Source: an uncultured Holdemania sp.
GTDB lineage: Bacteria > Bacillota_I > Bacilli_A > Erysipelotrichales > Erysipelotrichaceae
Reading direction: 5' to 3'
Length of the DNA stretch: 64,000 nt
Assembly: GCA_964370435.1 (NCBI GenBank)
Contig: CAYJJG010000007.1
Span: 13,475-77,474, forward strand
Shown here: positions 36,708 to 46,338 of the stretch, one piece after another
How positions within the stretch are numbered: position 1 is the first letter of the stretch
How the letters are laid out: every line of letters starts with the position of its first letter
Position numbers and translations under genes: made by a program
The notes under the pieces: model-generated
What the model saw: only the letters and a program-made list of their open reading frames with translations
What the model was told of the DNA's origin: nothing
The model's database searches: none

Positions 36708-37266
36708 TTTACTTCTTTTATTTTTTGAATTCTTTAAAACAGGTTTATTCGCTCTTGGAGGTGGCTTAGCTACCATTCCATTCTTGAGTCAAATGGGCGA
36801 ACATTATGGTTGGTTTAGTGCCCAAACCCTAGCTGATATGATTGCCATATCAGAAAGTACACCTGGAGCTATCGGAGTTAATATGGCAACCTATACTGGA
36901 TATCACTTAGAGGGTATCTTAGGAGCTTTTGTGGCTACACTTGGTCTAGTTACCCCTAGTGTAATTATCATCAATATCATCGCACGATTTTTAAAGCGAT
37001 TTAAAGAAAGCAGCTATGTACGTGCTGCATTTGATGGAATTCGACCTACAGTTTTAGCACTAATACTAGTAGCTGTATTAGGCATTCTTACTTCGTCAGT
37101 AATATTTGTAGACAAAGCTATTATAAGTGGTAATATCTTAGATATGTTTAATATAAAAACAAGCATATTATTTACCCTTGTTTTAGTTGGTGTGTTTAAA
37201 TTCAAACTGCATCCCATCTTTTGGATTACATTTTCTGCCTTTGTTGGAATACTATTTCAATTCTAA
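36700..37266 (+). CDS. Chromate transporter (CHR) family, short-chain half 2
   Basis: GLFALGGGLATIPFL...ESTPGAIG. 8-nt overlap with half 1. Confidence 0.85.
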   Translation: MNNLLLLFFEFFKTGLFALGGGLATIPFLSQMGEHYGWFSAQTLADMIAISESTPGAIGVNMATYTGYHLEGILGAFVATLGLVTPSVIIINIIARFLKRFKESSYVRAAFDGIRPTVLALILVAVLGILTSSVIFVDKAIISGNILDMFNIKTSILFTLVLVGVFKFKLHPIFWITFSAFVGILFQF

Positions 37267-37285
37267 AGTTTTTATAACATACTTT

Positions 37286-37322
37286 AGGCACTTATCAATT
37301 TTTATGTTGATAAGTGCTTTTT
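37286..37322 (+). terminator. Rho-independent terminator
   Basis: AGGCACTTATCAAtttttatgTTGATAAGTGCtttttt. Confidence 0.8.
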
Positions 37323-37504
37323 ACTATCCTTATGCAAGTATCTTTTGGGACATAATAAAACAGCTTATATCTTTTGAAATAATTAAAATTTTTAAAGTGC
37401 GTTTAAGGTTAAGTTTATATAATATGTTCGTATAATACAAAATAGGCAATTTGTTTTGTATAGACTGACAAGAAATATTTGTCAATGAACTTAAGGAGGT
37501 TTAT

Positions 37505-39499
37505 GTGCAGAATACTATAATCATCATACCGGCATATCAGCCGACTAACAAATTGATAACTTTGTTAGAAGAACTTAAAGAAAATAAGTTTGATAATATA
37601 GTTATCATAGACGATGGGAGTGATGCTTCTTGTTCATCTGTACTTACAGAAGCTAAGGAGCTTGGCTGCTTTATTATAAGGCATCAAAAAAACAAAGGTA
37701 AAGGAGTGGCTTTAAAAACAGGATTTAAGTTTGCTATCGATAATTTAGATATTAAGCACGGATTTATAACAGCTGATGCTGACGGTCAGCATAAAATTTG
37801 TGATATTATTAAGGTGACTAATGCCTTAAAATCTAATCCAAACTCACTAATACTTGGAACTCGTGATTTCGAAGCGAAAAACGTACCATTTAAAAGTTAT
37901 TTCGGCAATAAAATAACCTCTCGTGCATTTAAAGTAGGCACAGGAGTTTCATGCAAAGACACGCAAACAGGTTTGCGTGGAATACCCACAAACCTTATTG
38001 AAACAGCGCTGAAAACTGAGGGCTTACGATATGAATATGAATATAATTTTCTTGAGGAAGCAGTAAAACTAACTGATATTTACTCAGTTAAAATAGAAAC
38101 AGTATATTTTGACAACAATGAGCAGTCACATTTTCGCCCTTTCCGTGACTCGGTTTTAATATATCAGCGTCCATTAAAATTTATTGCAAGTTCTTTAGCG
38201 GGGTTTCTGACAGATATTATTTTTTTCACAGTAATTTTGCAGACAATGTCACTCTATTCAACAGAAAATATATTGATTGCTACTGTTATATCAAGAATTT
38301 TATCAGGAGTTGTTAATTATATTATAAATAAAAAGTCCGTTTTTCGCTTACAAGGCGATGCTGTATTTAGTTTTATAAAATACTTCGCACTCTTTATATT
38401 TATTATGGGATGCAGTGCAGTTTCTACGACAGGTCTTGATATGTTACTCGAAAACGCTGTGCTATCCAAAATTATTGCGGATATAACTTTGTTTTTCTTT
38501 AGCTATTCCATTCAAAAAAACTGGGTGTTTGTCAAAAAGATGAAGAAATGTCAAATATCAAAGGTTTGGAAATCATGTGCTACACTATTTTTGATTATCT
38601 ATGTTAGTTTTACCCTGCTTAATAGATTTGTTATACCACAAAATGTTATTGCTTTAGATGATGTAAACACAGAAAATTTTACCGAACAAAATATTACTTC
38701 TGACCAAGATAATTCACAAAATTCCGATATAGAATCCCAAAGTGATACTTCTTTTAGTGAACCAATTATCACAGAAACAAGTTATATCGATGAAAATATA
38801 CAGGTTTCCATAAGTACAATTAGGGAGTATGATACAGACATATATATAGCAGATATTATTATAAGTGATAGCTCATATCTAATGGCAGGACTCGCTGAAA
38901 ACTCGTTTGGTACAAATGTAAACGAAAAAACCTCTGTTATCGCTGAAGAAAATGATGCAATTATAGCGATTAATGGAGATTACTACGGTTTTAGGGATTA
39001 TGGATATGTAATGCGAAATGGTTACCTTTATCGTGAAACCGAAACGCCTGGCGGGAATGAATCTTTAGTTATTTTCTCCGATGGTAACATGGATATAATA
39101 AACGAAGGTGATGTTCCAGCAGAAGAGCTAGCAGAACTTGGCGCAGTACAAATTTTTTCATTTGGTCCAGGGCTAATTTCCGATGGAGAAATTACTGTTA
39201 CTGAGAAAAGCGAAGTTCCTCGTGAAGATGAAAGTAATCCTAGAACTGCAATAGCTATGATAGAACCAAGTCACTATATTTTCATGGTTGCAGACGGCAG
39301 AACTAAGGCCAGTGAAGGGTTATCCCTATATGAAATGGCACAGGTTTTATCCGCTTATGACTGTGAGACAGCGTATAATTTAGATGGTGGCGGTTCAGCT
39401 ACTATGGTGTTTATGGGTGAGGTAGTAAACTTCCCAACTACAAACGGCAGAGATTATAAGGAAAGGAGTGTGAGTGATATTGTATACATTGGAAAATAG
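37505..39499 (+). CDS. Triple-fusion protein: GT2 glycosyltransferase, GtrA-like TM module and extracellular phosphodiester glycosidase (DUF2233/NAGPA-like) domain
   Basis: GTG start 5 nt after AAGGAGG. GT2 part: IIIPAYQP, DDGSD, DADGQH. GtrA-like helices: YIINKKSVF, YSIQKNWVF. Then an extra TM, an acidic Ser-rich linker, and INGDYYGF...PRTAIAM...ADGR...NLDGGGSATMVF. Codon usage is richer in G/C-ending codons than neighbouring genes. Confidence 0.75.
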   Translation: MQNTIIIIPAYQPTNKLITLLEELKENKFDNIVIIDDGSDASCSSVLTEAKELGCFIIRHQKNKGKGVALKTGFKFAIDNLDIKHGFITADADGQHKICDIIKVTNALKSNPNSLILGTRDFEAKNVPFKSYFGNKITSRAFKVGTGVSCKDTQTGLRGIPTNLIETALKTEGLRYEYEYNFLEEAVKLTDIYSVKIETVYFDNNEQSHFRPFRDSVLIYQRPLKFIASSLAGFLTDIIFFTVILQTMSLYSTENILIATVISRILSGVVNYIINKKSVFRLQGDAVFSFIKYFALFIFIMGCSAVSTTGLDMLLENAVLSKIIADITLFFFSYSIQKNWVFVKKMKKCQISKVWKSCATLFLIIYVSFTLLNRFVIPQNVIALDDVNTENFTEQNITSDQDNSQNSDIESQSDTSFSEPIITETSYIDENIQVSISTIREYDTDIYIADIIISDSSYLMAGLAENSFGTNVNEKTSVIAEENDAIIAINGDYYGFRDYGYVMRNGYLYRETETPGGNESLVIFSDGNMDIINEGDVPAEELAELGAVQIFSFGPGLISDGEITVTEKSEVPREDESNPRTAIAMIEPSHYIFMVADGRTKASEGLSLYEMAQVLSAYDCETAYNLDGGGSATMVFMGEVVNFPTTNGRDYKERSVSDIVYIGK

Positions 39500-39890
39500 A
39501 AAAGATATACAAAAATTTTATATAAATAAAAGAGTTATACCTTATTGCTTTATTACCTTCTTTTGCATGTTGTTTTCATTTATTTATGCGCAGTTTTCTC
39601 ACGGAGTAAGTTCACCTCACATGACATATCTTTTTCTTTATCCGCTATTGTTTGGCGTTTTAATAGGGCTACTGTTTTCTATTTTCGAGAAAAAAAGCAT
39701 AGATTATTTCTGGCAATCACACTTTTATCATACTGGTGTTGTAGCACTTATTTTAGGCTCGCTACTAAGGGGTATATTTGATATTGCGGGCACAGCTTCT
39801 GTCTACCAAACTGCACTAACAATCGGTGGAGCTGGTATGGTATTCTGTGGTGTTATAGGTTTTGCATTTTCTAAAATAAAGCAACAGTAA
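39474..39890 (+). CDS. Small four-TM membrane protein, translationally coupled to the GT2 fusion
   Basis: GTG start after AGGAAAGGAG. Overlaps the end of the upstream gene by 26 nt. 138 aa, hydrophobic. Confidence 0.55.
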   Translation: MILYTLENRKDIQKFYINKRVIPYCFITFFCMLFSFIYAQFSHGVSSPHMTYLFLYPLLFGVLIGLLFSIFEKKSIDYFWQSHFYHTGVVALILGSLLRGIFDIAGTASVYQTALTIGGAGMVFCGVIGFAFSKIKQQ

Positions 39891-40095
39891 AGTTAAAAAG
39901 GCTTAATTTAATATAAATTAGCTATAATATTTAATAAATTAGATGTTAATACATTGATGTTTTCTTCATCAAGATGAACATCTTTTTTAGTATGCAAACT
40001 CTTAATGTAATATCCTAATAATTTCGAATAATTAAATGTAGCAATGCCAATTCCTTTTTTAAAATTAACTTGATCCGATGGAAATAAAACATCAA

Positions 40096-40122
40096 TACAA
40101 AAGACTACCTAAAGTAGTCTTA
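40096..40122 (-). terminator. Rho-independent terminator after asnB
   Basis: Minus strand AAGACTACtttaGGTAGTCTTttgtatt. Confidence 0.7.
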
Positions 40123-41949
40123 CTCTTCAAAAATCACATTATATTCTTTAAGCCAGTAATTCATTTGTATAAAATAAGCAATAGTTTGTGGTGTAGTCAT
40201 TAATTGCCCATACCATGGAATTTCATTTTTTTCCTCTAACAAGGATATAAGTCGCTCTTTCTTAATGAATTGGTGCAAAGGTTGACTTTCATCAACGATG
40301 ATTTCCCTTAACATATTTTTTACTTTTTGATTATATATTGGATGATGTGTTTTAGGATATGGACTTTTTTTCCTATTAAGGATTTCATCCGGTAAAAGAT
40401 CTTTAACTGCTTCTCGCAATAAACCTTTTTCTCTTCCCTTATAGTTTTTCATTTCCCAAGGAATACGATACAACATTTCTACAATGCGATAATCACAGAA
40501 AGGAACACGCACCTCTAAACCACAAGCCATACTCATACGATCTTTTCTATCTAATAAAGTTTGCATAAACCAATCCATATTTAGCTTCATCATTTCTTTC
40601 ATTTTATTTTCATGGTCATCATTACTCTTATTTTTATCGCTACGACTTCTCGTATCTTTTACTCTATCTAATACGTATTGATGACCATCTAATAGTTTAT
40701 ACTCCTCTTTTAGAAATGAAAGGCGATTATCAACATCTCCAGACCATGGAAAATAAGGAGAATTTAAAACTCGTTTATCTCTAAACCAAGGGTATCCACC
40801 AAAGAGTTCATCGGCACATTCACCAGACAACCCTACTGTTGCGATTTTTTTTATTTCTTTACAAAACAAATACAGTGATGAATCAATATCTACCATACCT
40901 GGTAAATCCCTTGCCCTTACTGCTTCAAATAAGGTATCCGATACGAGATCATTATCCAAAATTATCGCGTGATGTTTTGAATCGATTGCATCAGCCATTT
41001 TGTCGACATAATATTCATCACGATTAGGTTGAAAAAAACTAGGTTTAAAATAGTCTTCATTATCCTTATATTCGACCGATATAGTATCTAACTGTTTATT
41101 TTGTTTTTTCATTGACTGAGCTGCAACAGCACTAATGATACTTGAATCTAAACCACCACTTAAAAAAGTACATACCTTAACATCCGATACCAGCTGTCGC
41201 TCAATGGCATCGATTACTACTTCTCTAACTTGCTTTAAAGTATCTTCAAAACTATAATTCCATGTTTCATCTTTTAAATCCCAATATTGCCATAGGTCAA
41301 TTTTATCTCTAGTAATATAACCGCACATCGCTGACTTTAGCTCTAAAACATCTTTAAACACTCCCTGTCCACTGGTTCTTCCTGGACCAATACAAAGTAA
41401 CTCATATAAAGAATTAGTGTTTATAATCGGTTTAACTGATGGATGTTTTAAAAGAGCTTTAATTTCTGATCCAAACAAAAATCTTTGATTATCGTGAACA
41501 TAGAAAAAGGGTTTTACACCGATACGATCTCTAGCTATAAACAATCGCTCATCGCGTTCATCATAAATTGCAAATGCGAAAATTCCATTCATCTTTTCAA
41601 CACAGTGTTCTTTAAAACAAAGATAGCTTTGCAGTACTACCTCAGTATCACTATGACTTATAAATGTTGAACCTTGCCTGATGCATTCTTCTCTCAATTC
41701 ATTGGTATTGTAGAGTTCTCCATTGTAGACTAAAATAATTTTTTTATTATCTACTTCTTTAATCATCGGTTGTATTCCTTTTTCAATATCTACTATAGCT
41801 AAACGAGTGTGCGCTAATGCAACATCTTCATTCATAAAGATACCTTGTTGATCAGGTCCACGATGTAATATCGCATTTTGCATCGCTACATAAACATCTT
41901 TCGATTCTAGTTGTTTTACAAAATTAAATTCTCCAGTAATTCCACACAT
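40120..41949 (-). CDS. asnB: Asparagine synthase (glutamine-hydrolysing)
   Basis: Start set at MCGITGEF (Ntn Cys2), with GAGGTGA 5 nt upstream. PP-loop FLSGGLDSSIISA. Confidence 0.92.
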   Translation of the reverse strand: MCGITGEFNFVKQLESKDVYVAMQNAILHRGPDQQGIFMNEDVALAHTRLAIVDIEKGIQPMIKEVDNKKIILVYNGELYNTNELREECIRQGSTFISHSDTEVVLQSYLCFKEHCVEKMNGIFAFAIYDERDERLFIARDRIGVKPFFYVHDNQRFLFGSEIKALLKHPSVKPIINTNSLYELLCIGPGRTSGQGVFKDVLELKSAMCGYITRDKIDLWQYWDLKDETWNYSFEDTLKQVREVVIDAIERQLVSDVKVCTFLSGGLDSSIISAVAAQSMKKQNKQLDTISVEYKDNEDYFKPSFFQPNRDEYYVDKMADAIDSKHHAIILDNDLVSDTLFEAVRARDLPGMVDIDSSLYLFCKEIKKIATVGLSGECADELFGGYPWFRDKRVLNSPYFPWSGDVDNRLSFLKEEYKLLDGHQYVLDRVKDTRSRSDKNKSNDDHENKMKEMMKLNMDWFMQTLLDRKDRMSMACGLEVRVPFCDYRIVEMLYRIPWEMKNYKGREKGLLREAVKDLLPDEILNRKKSPYPKTHHPIYNQKVKNMLREIIVDESQPLHQFIKKERLISLLEEKNEIPWYGQLMTTPQTIAYFIQMNYWLKEYNVIFEE

Positions 41950-42018
41950 AACTTTCACCTCAACTTATGTACCTAGTATATTCATCTTCATCCCTGGTTG
42001 TGACAAATTACATGGAAA

Positions 42019-42041
42019 GAAAAAAAAGAGGTTTCCCTCTT
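42019..42041 (-). terminator. Rho-independent terminator
   Basis: Minus strand AGAGGgaaaCCTCTtttttttt. Confidence 0.7.
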
Positions 42042-42429
42042 AATGTGTCATAGCCCAACTAGGTTGCTCTATTCCTCTTTTCATAATGATTGATTTTTGT
42101 AAATCGGTTTGATTAAGAAAATGTAAAATGTTTTCTACTTCTTCCTCTGTACAACTCACAATTATCTTTGGTTCTATATCTTTTTTTAAAATATCAGCAG
42201 CAATGATAAGAGATTCTACTTTAGCCGTGTTAGCACTTCCTTTAAATACAGCAATACCTAAATCCTTCTCATCCACTAAATCAGATAAATACCCATATTG
42301 TACTGGATATATTAAATTAGGAAAATTTATGTGTGCTTGCCCTTTTTCATAGGCTATATTAAATTTAGAAGAAAGATAAATAGAATCTATTTTCTGCCAA
42401 AAAAATGCGTTGTTACCATAATTTTGCAT
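42040..42429 (-). CDS. Hypothetical protein with an inorganic-pyrophosphatase-like YPxxYG motif
   Basis: 129 aa from MQNYGNN (AGGAGG 6 nt upstream). LIYPVQYGYLSD resembles the YPxNYGFIP core of family I PPases. Otherwise unrecognised. Confidence 0.35.
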   Translation of the reverse strand: MQNYGNNAFFWQKIDSIYLSSKFNIAYEKGQAHINFPNLIYPVQYGYLSDLVDEKDLGIAVFKGSANTAKVESLIIAADILKKDIEPKIIVSCTEEEVENILHFLNQTDLQKSIIMKRGIEQPSWAMTH

Positions 42430-42481
42430 AATAACCTCCTGTTTCATAATATTGTAACAAATTACTTTAAGTATGTAAATA

Positions 42482-44008
42482 TTACATTAGTGGTGAAAAC
42501 AAATTAAATATCGCATACATCAATTGTTTTGTCCAATGGATTTGGTCACAATCTTTTTGCGTGATTAGTTGACATACTTCTAATGTTTCAACAAAATCAT
42601 CACTCATACGTTTAATCGCTGAAGTTTTGTACATCAGTACAGCATCCTCAAAATGCATATAATAGCTACGATAATCCATATTTATCGTTCCACACAACCC
42701 AAGTTCATCGTCACATAACACTATTTTAGAATGCATAAACCCTGGTAAATATTCATAGATTTTAACACAATTTTTAATTAGTGTACGATAGTTTCCACGT
42801 GTCATCATATGAGCATACCACTTGTCTGGTATATGAGGAACGATAATACGTACATCTTTTCCAAGTTTTGCCGCTAAACTTAAAGCCTCAAATAATTCGT
42901 GATTAATAATTAAATAAGGGGTTTGAATATAAATTTTATGTTTAGCATTATTGATTAAGTTCATATGCACATGAATGCCTACATCTTCTTCATCAGTAGG
43001 ACTATCACCAAAAGGTAGCACATACCCTTTAGCATCTTCATAATGAAATAATTCAAATTTGTCATAGCTTATCTTATCTTTCGAAACATAATTCCATATT
43101 TGCGCAAACATAACTGTACAGTTCCAAACTGCCTCACCCTTCAACATTATAGCTGTATCTTTCCAATGCCCAAAACGATCTAATTTATTGATATATTCAT
43201 CAGCTAAATTTATCCCTCCAGTAAAGGCAACCTTATTATCAATTATTGCAAATTTGCGGTGATCACGATTATTCATTTGAATAACTAACTGAGGTCTTAA
43301 TGGATTAAAAACTTCACATTTAATCCCAAATGATTGTAGGTATTTATCATAGTCTTTAATTAGTGTTGTAAAACATCCTGCATCATCATAAATAACACGT
43401 ATATCAACACCTTCTTTTACCTTCCGCTTAAGAATATCTAAAATTGTATTCCACATGATACCTTCGGCAATAATAAAATACTCCAAATATATAAAATTTG
43501 TTGCGTCGTTTAACTCTTTTATGAGCTGCGCAAATTTTTCCTCACCTAATTTAAAGTAACTTACTTCAGTATTTTTATATGCTGGCAAAAGAGCATACTG
43601 ATGTAGATAGTCAAATTGTTGTCCAACAGATAAATCTTGTTGCTTAATTTCTTCAATAACTTCATCATGTGCATCGATATATTTTATCGATTCTTTAGCG
43701 GATTTAATATAACTTAGTCGTAGCTCTTTAGGAACTTTCTTCCCTCCAAACATTAAATAAAACAACCACCCAAACAAAGGTACAGACAAAATCACTATGC
43801 ACCACACTAATTTATATGCTGGATTATCTGTTCTATTTATAATGTATATAACCACCAGCACACTAAGTACATAAAACATGATGTTGACCGTCGTAAAGCT
43901 CAAACTTAATAAATAAAAAACAAGCATCATGAAAAGAAGTTGTAATAATATAAGTATTGTTAACACAAAAGAACGATTATAAAACAACTTCCATATTTTT
44001 CTCATCAT
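42482..44008 (-). CDS. cls: Cardiolipin synthase
   Basis: Two N-terminal TM helices and two HKD motifs (HRKFAIIDN..GG.N, HSKIVLCDD..G..N). Confidence 0.92.
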   Translation of the reverse strand: MMRKIWKLFYNRSFVLTILILLQLLFMMLVFYLLSLSFTTVNIMFYVLSVLVVIYIINRTDNPAYKLVWCIVILSVPLFGWLFYLMFGGKKVPKELRLSYIKSAKESIKYIDAHDEVIEEIKQQDLSVGQQFDYLHQYALLPAYKNTEVSYFKLGEEKFAQLIKELNDATNFIYLEYFIIAEGIMWNTILDILKRKVKEGVDIRVIYDDAGCFTTLIKDYDKYLQSFGIKCEVFNPLRPQLVIQMNNRDHRKFAIIDNKVAFTGGINLADEYINKLDRFGHWKDTAIMLKGEAVWNCTVMFAQIWNYVSKDKISYDKFELFHYEDAKGYVLPFGDSPTDEEDVGIHVHMNLINNAKHKIYIQTPYLIINHELFEALSLAAKLGKDVRIIVPHIPDKWYAHMMTRGNYRTLIKNCVKIYEYLPGFMHSKIVLCDDELGLCGTINMDYRSYYMHFEDAVLMYKTSAIKRMSDDFVETLEVCQLITQKDCDQIHWTKQLMYAIFNLFSPLM

Positions 44009-44088
44009 AAATTTCCCTCACTATTAATAACATCTTGTTCATAGTTTAAGATAGTCTACCCGTGACTATTTTAAAAATACCATAATTA

Positions 44089-44976
44089 TTAATTTATAAA
44101 TGGCATTATAATTGCTTCTTCATCAAAATCAACAAGGAACTGTCCTAGTTTAATGGCTGGTTTAGTTTTACCATGAAAATCTGAACCACAAGTAATCAAA
44201 GCTTTAGTTTCTTTAGCTTTTTGCAAATAAAACTGTATTGCATCAACATCATGATAGCTACTATATACTTCTATGCCTTTGATACCTAGATTTAATAATT
44301 CACTAAGTATCTCTTCCTCTTTTTTGATGTTATTAAACGGATGAGCCAATACAGCAAAACCTCCGCTTTGATGGATAATTTCAACAATCTCTTCAACACT
44401 TTTTAAATTCATAGGCACATAAGCTACTTTACCTTTAGAACAATAATCCCAATAAAAATTAACATAAGGATTATCACTTCTAGTTCCATTGTCACGATAT
44501 ACAGCAAGTGCTTCAATATTCTTATAAGCAGGATTAGTCAACAATTCTTCTCCTATTATTTCACCGGTAATGATATTATATAACGCAAGCTTATAAAGAT
44601 TATCACTATTGAGCTTAATATCGAAAAATTGTTCAATTAAAGCAACTTGTTTTAATCCTGCTTCAGCTTCCATTTTATGCATAGAGTGCTCAATTTCTTC
44701 AAATACCAAATCATAAGGATTAATATTATATGCTAATACATGTAAATTATAATCTTTGTAAAAACAATCAAGTTCAGCTGCAGGTATTATCTTCAAATCA
44801 CTATTTAGTGTTTTTACATACTCTAATGCTTCAATAACCCCTTTAGTGCTATTGTGATCAGCAATTGCGATTGCTTTCATAGAGGAGGTGATTGCCATAT
44901 CAACTATTTCTTTAGGACTATAGCTACCATCACTACTTGCAGTAGAATGAATATGTAAATCTATATTTTTTTTCAT
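44089..44976 (-). CDS. PHP-domain metal-dependent phosphoesterase
   Basis: DLHIHSTASSDG, IAIADHNS, LAHP, GSDFHG. Start at MKKNIDLH (AGAGGA SD). Confidence 0.85.
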   Translation of the reverse strand: MKKNIDLHIHSTASSDGSYSPKEIVDMAITSSMKAIAIADHNSTKGVIEALEYVKTLNSDLKIIPAAELDCFYKDYNLHVLAYNINPYDLVFEEIEHSMHKMEAEAGLKQVALIEQFFDIKLNSDNLYKLALYNIITGEIIGEELLTNPAYKNIEALAVYRDNGTRSDNPYVNFYWDYCSKGKVAYVPMNLKSVEEIVEIIHQSGGFAVLAHPFNNIKKEEEILSELLNLGIKGIEVYSSYHDVDAIQFYLQKAKETKALITCGSDFHGKTKPAIKLGQFLVDFDEEAIIMPFIN

Positions 44977-45122
44977 ATAATTCCTCTTTCTATACTTTTT
45001 AATCATACCATATTTTTACAATTAATTCTAATCTTTACCCTGGATAAAAATTTACTATTTAATGAATAAATGTTGTTTATACAACCTTTGTCGCATAGAA
45101 TAAAATTATCGGAGGACTAATT

Positions 45123-46298
45123 ATGAACCCTTTATTATTAGAAGCTATTAAAAATGAGGATTGGATAAAATCAATTTATCAAGAACTTCATAAAATACCT
45201 GAAATGGGACTACAAGAATTTAAGACTAAACAAAAAATTTTAAACTATCTAAAAGAAATTGGGATTAGTTATACTACTTTTAAGGAGCATACTGCTATAG
45301 TAGCTGAAATCTTCAATCCTAACAATGAAATTACCATTGCACTTCGCTCTGATATCGATGCTTTGCCTATTGGAGAGGATAATAATTTATCTTTTAAATC
45401 ACAACATTCTAAAATGATGCATGCATGTGGTCATGATGCTCATACCGCGATACTATTAGGTGCTTGTAAAATATTGTATGAAAAAAGAGAATCACTATCA
45501 GTCAATGTGAAACTTTTCTTTCAACCTGCTGAAGAAACTGTCGGAGGAGCCCAAAGAATGATCGATGATGGATGCATGAATAACCCTAAGGTCGACTATA
45601 TTTTTGGATTACATGTAGCACCTTTACTTGAATGCGGAACTATTGAATTAAAATACGATACCTTCAATGCTTCCACCGATACCCTAACTATTAAAATAAT
45701 AGGAAAGAACGCTCATGGCGCATATCCCCATCATGGTATTGATGCTATTGTAACAAGTGCCCATGTAGTAAGCGCCCTGCAAACATTAGTAAGCAGAAAC
45801 ATCGATCCCATCAATTCACTTGTACTTACCATCGGTACTATTAATGGTGGTGTACGCCCAAATATAATCTGTGATGAAGTTACCCTCAGCGCCACTTTAA
45901 GAACACTCAATGAAGAAACCAGAACTTATGCCCAAAATAGAATTAAACAACTAATTCAATCTGTATGCACAGGATTTGGTGCAGACTTTGAAATAACAAT
46001 TGAAAGAGGTTATGATGCTTTAGTAAATGACAACAACATGGTTGATCTCATATATAAAAATGCCAGTGAGCTTATCGAAAAAGAGCATATATCCATTAAA
46101 AAGAATCCTTCTTTAGGGGCGGAAGACTTTTCTTTTTTCCTAAATCATGCCCAAGGAGCTTTTTATAATTTAGGTTGTGGTAATACGGAAAAAGGCTATA
46201 CCGCTGCTATTCATACTCCACAATTTAAAGTTGATCAAGATTGTCTAAAAATTGGAGTAGCTTTACAACTTGCGAATGTTCTTTCTTTTAATAAATAG
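45123..46298 (+). CDS. M20-family amidohydrolase (N-acyl-amino acid amidohydrolase type)
   Basis: MHACGHDAHTA, FQPAEE, GKNAHGAYPHHGIDA. Confidence 0.88.
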   Translation: MNPLLLEAIKNEDWIKSIYQELHKIPEMGLQEFKTKQKILNYLKEIGISYTTFKEHTAIVAEIFNPNNEITIALRSDIDALPIGEDNNLSFKSQHSKMMHACGHDAHTAILLGACKILYEKRESLSVNVKLFFQPAEETVGGAQRMIDDGCMNNPKVDYIFGLHVAPLLECGTIELKYDTFNASTDTLTIKIIGKNAHGAYPHHGIDAIVTSAHVVSALQTLVSRNIDPINSLVLTIGTINGGVRPNIICDEVTLSATLRTLNEETRTYAQNRIKQLIQSVCTGFGADFEITIERGYDALVNDNNMVDLIYKNASELIEKEHISIKKNPSLGAEDFSFFLNHAQGAFYNLGCGNTEKGYTAAIHTPQFKVDQDCLKIGVALQLANVLSFNK

Positions 46299-46310
46299 CA
46301 TGTATAACAT

Positions 46311-46338
46311 AAAAAAAAGCCTAATGGCTTTTCTTTAT
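46311..46338. terminator. Short bidirectional terminator
   Basis: aaaaaaaAGCCtaatGGCTtttcttt, between convergent genes. Confidence 0.55.

Noticed and set aside
39908-40063. Start-less 51-codon open frame on the minus strand between the four-TM gene and asnB (…KKGIGIATFNYSKLLGYYIKSLHTKKDVHLDEENINVLTSNLLNIIANLY)
   Set aside because: No start codon or SD, it overlaps a plus-strand terminator, and it carries no recognisable motif. It is at most a gene remnant, and I cannot support even that.
41950-42039. Looked for a T-box or other leader upstream of asnB, and for a c-di-GMP riboswitch upstream of the EAL/GGDEF and surface-protein genes (47571-47802, 49860-50209, 53276-53479)
   Set aside because: The asnB spacer is only about 90 nt and is mostly the upstream terminator. 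The other leaders are extremely AT-rich, with no GEMM-like or T-box-like conserved cores visible.
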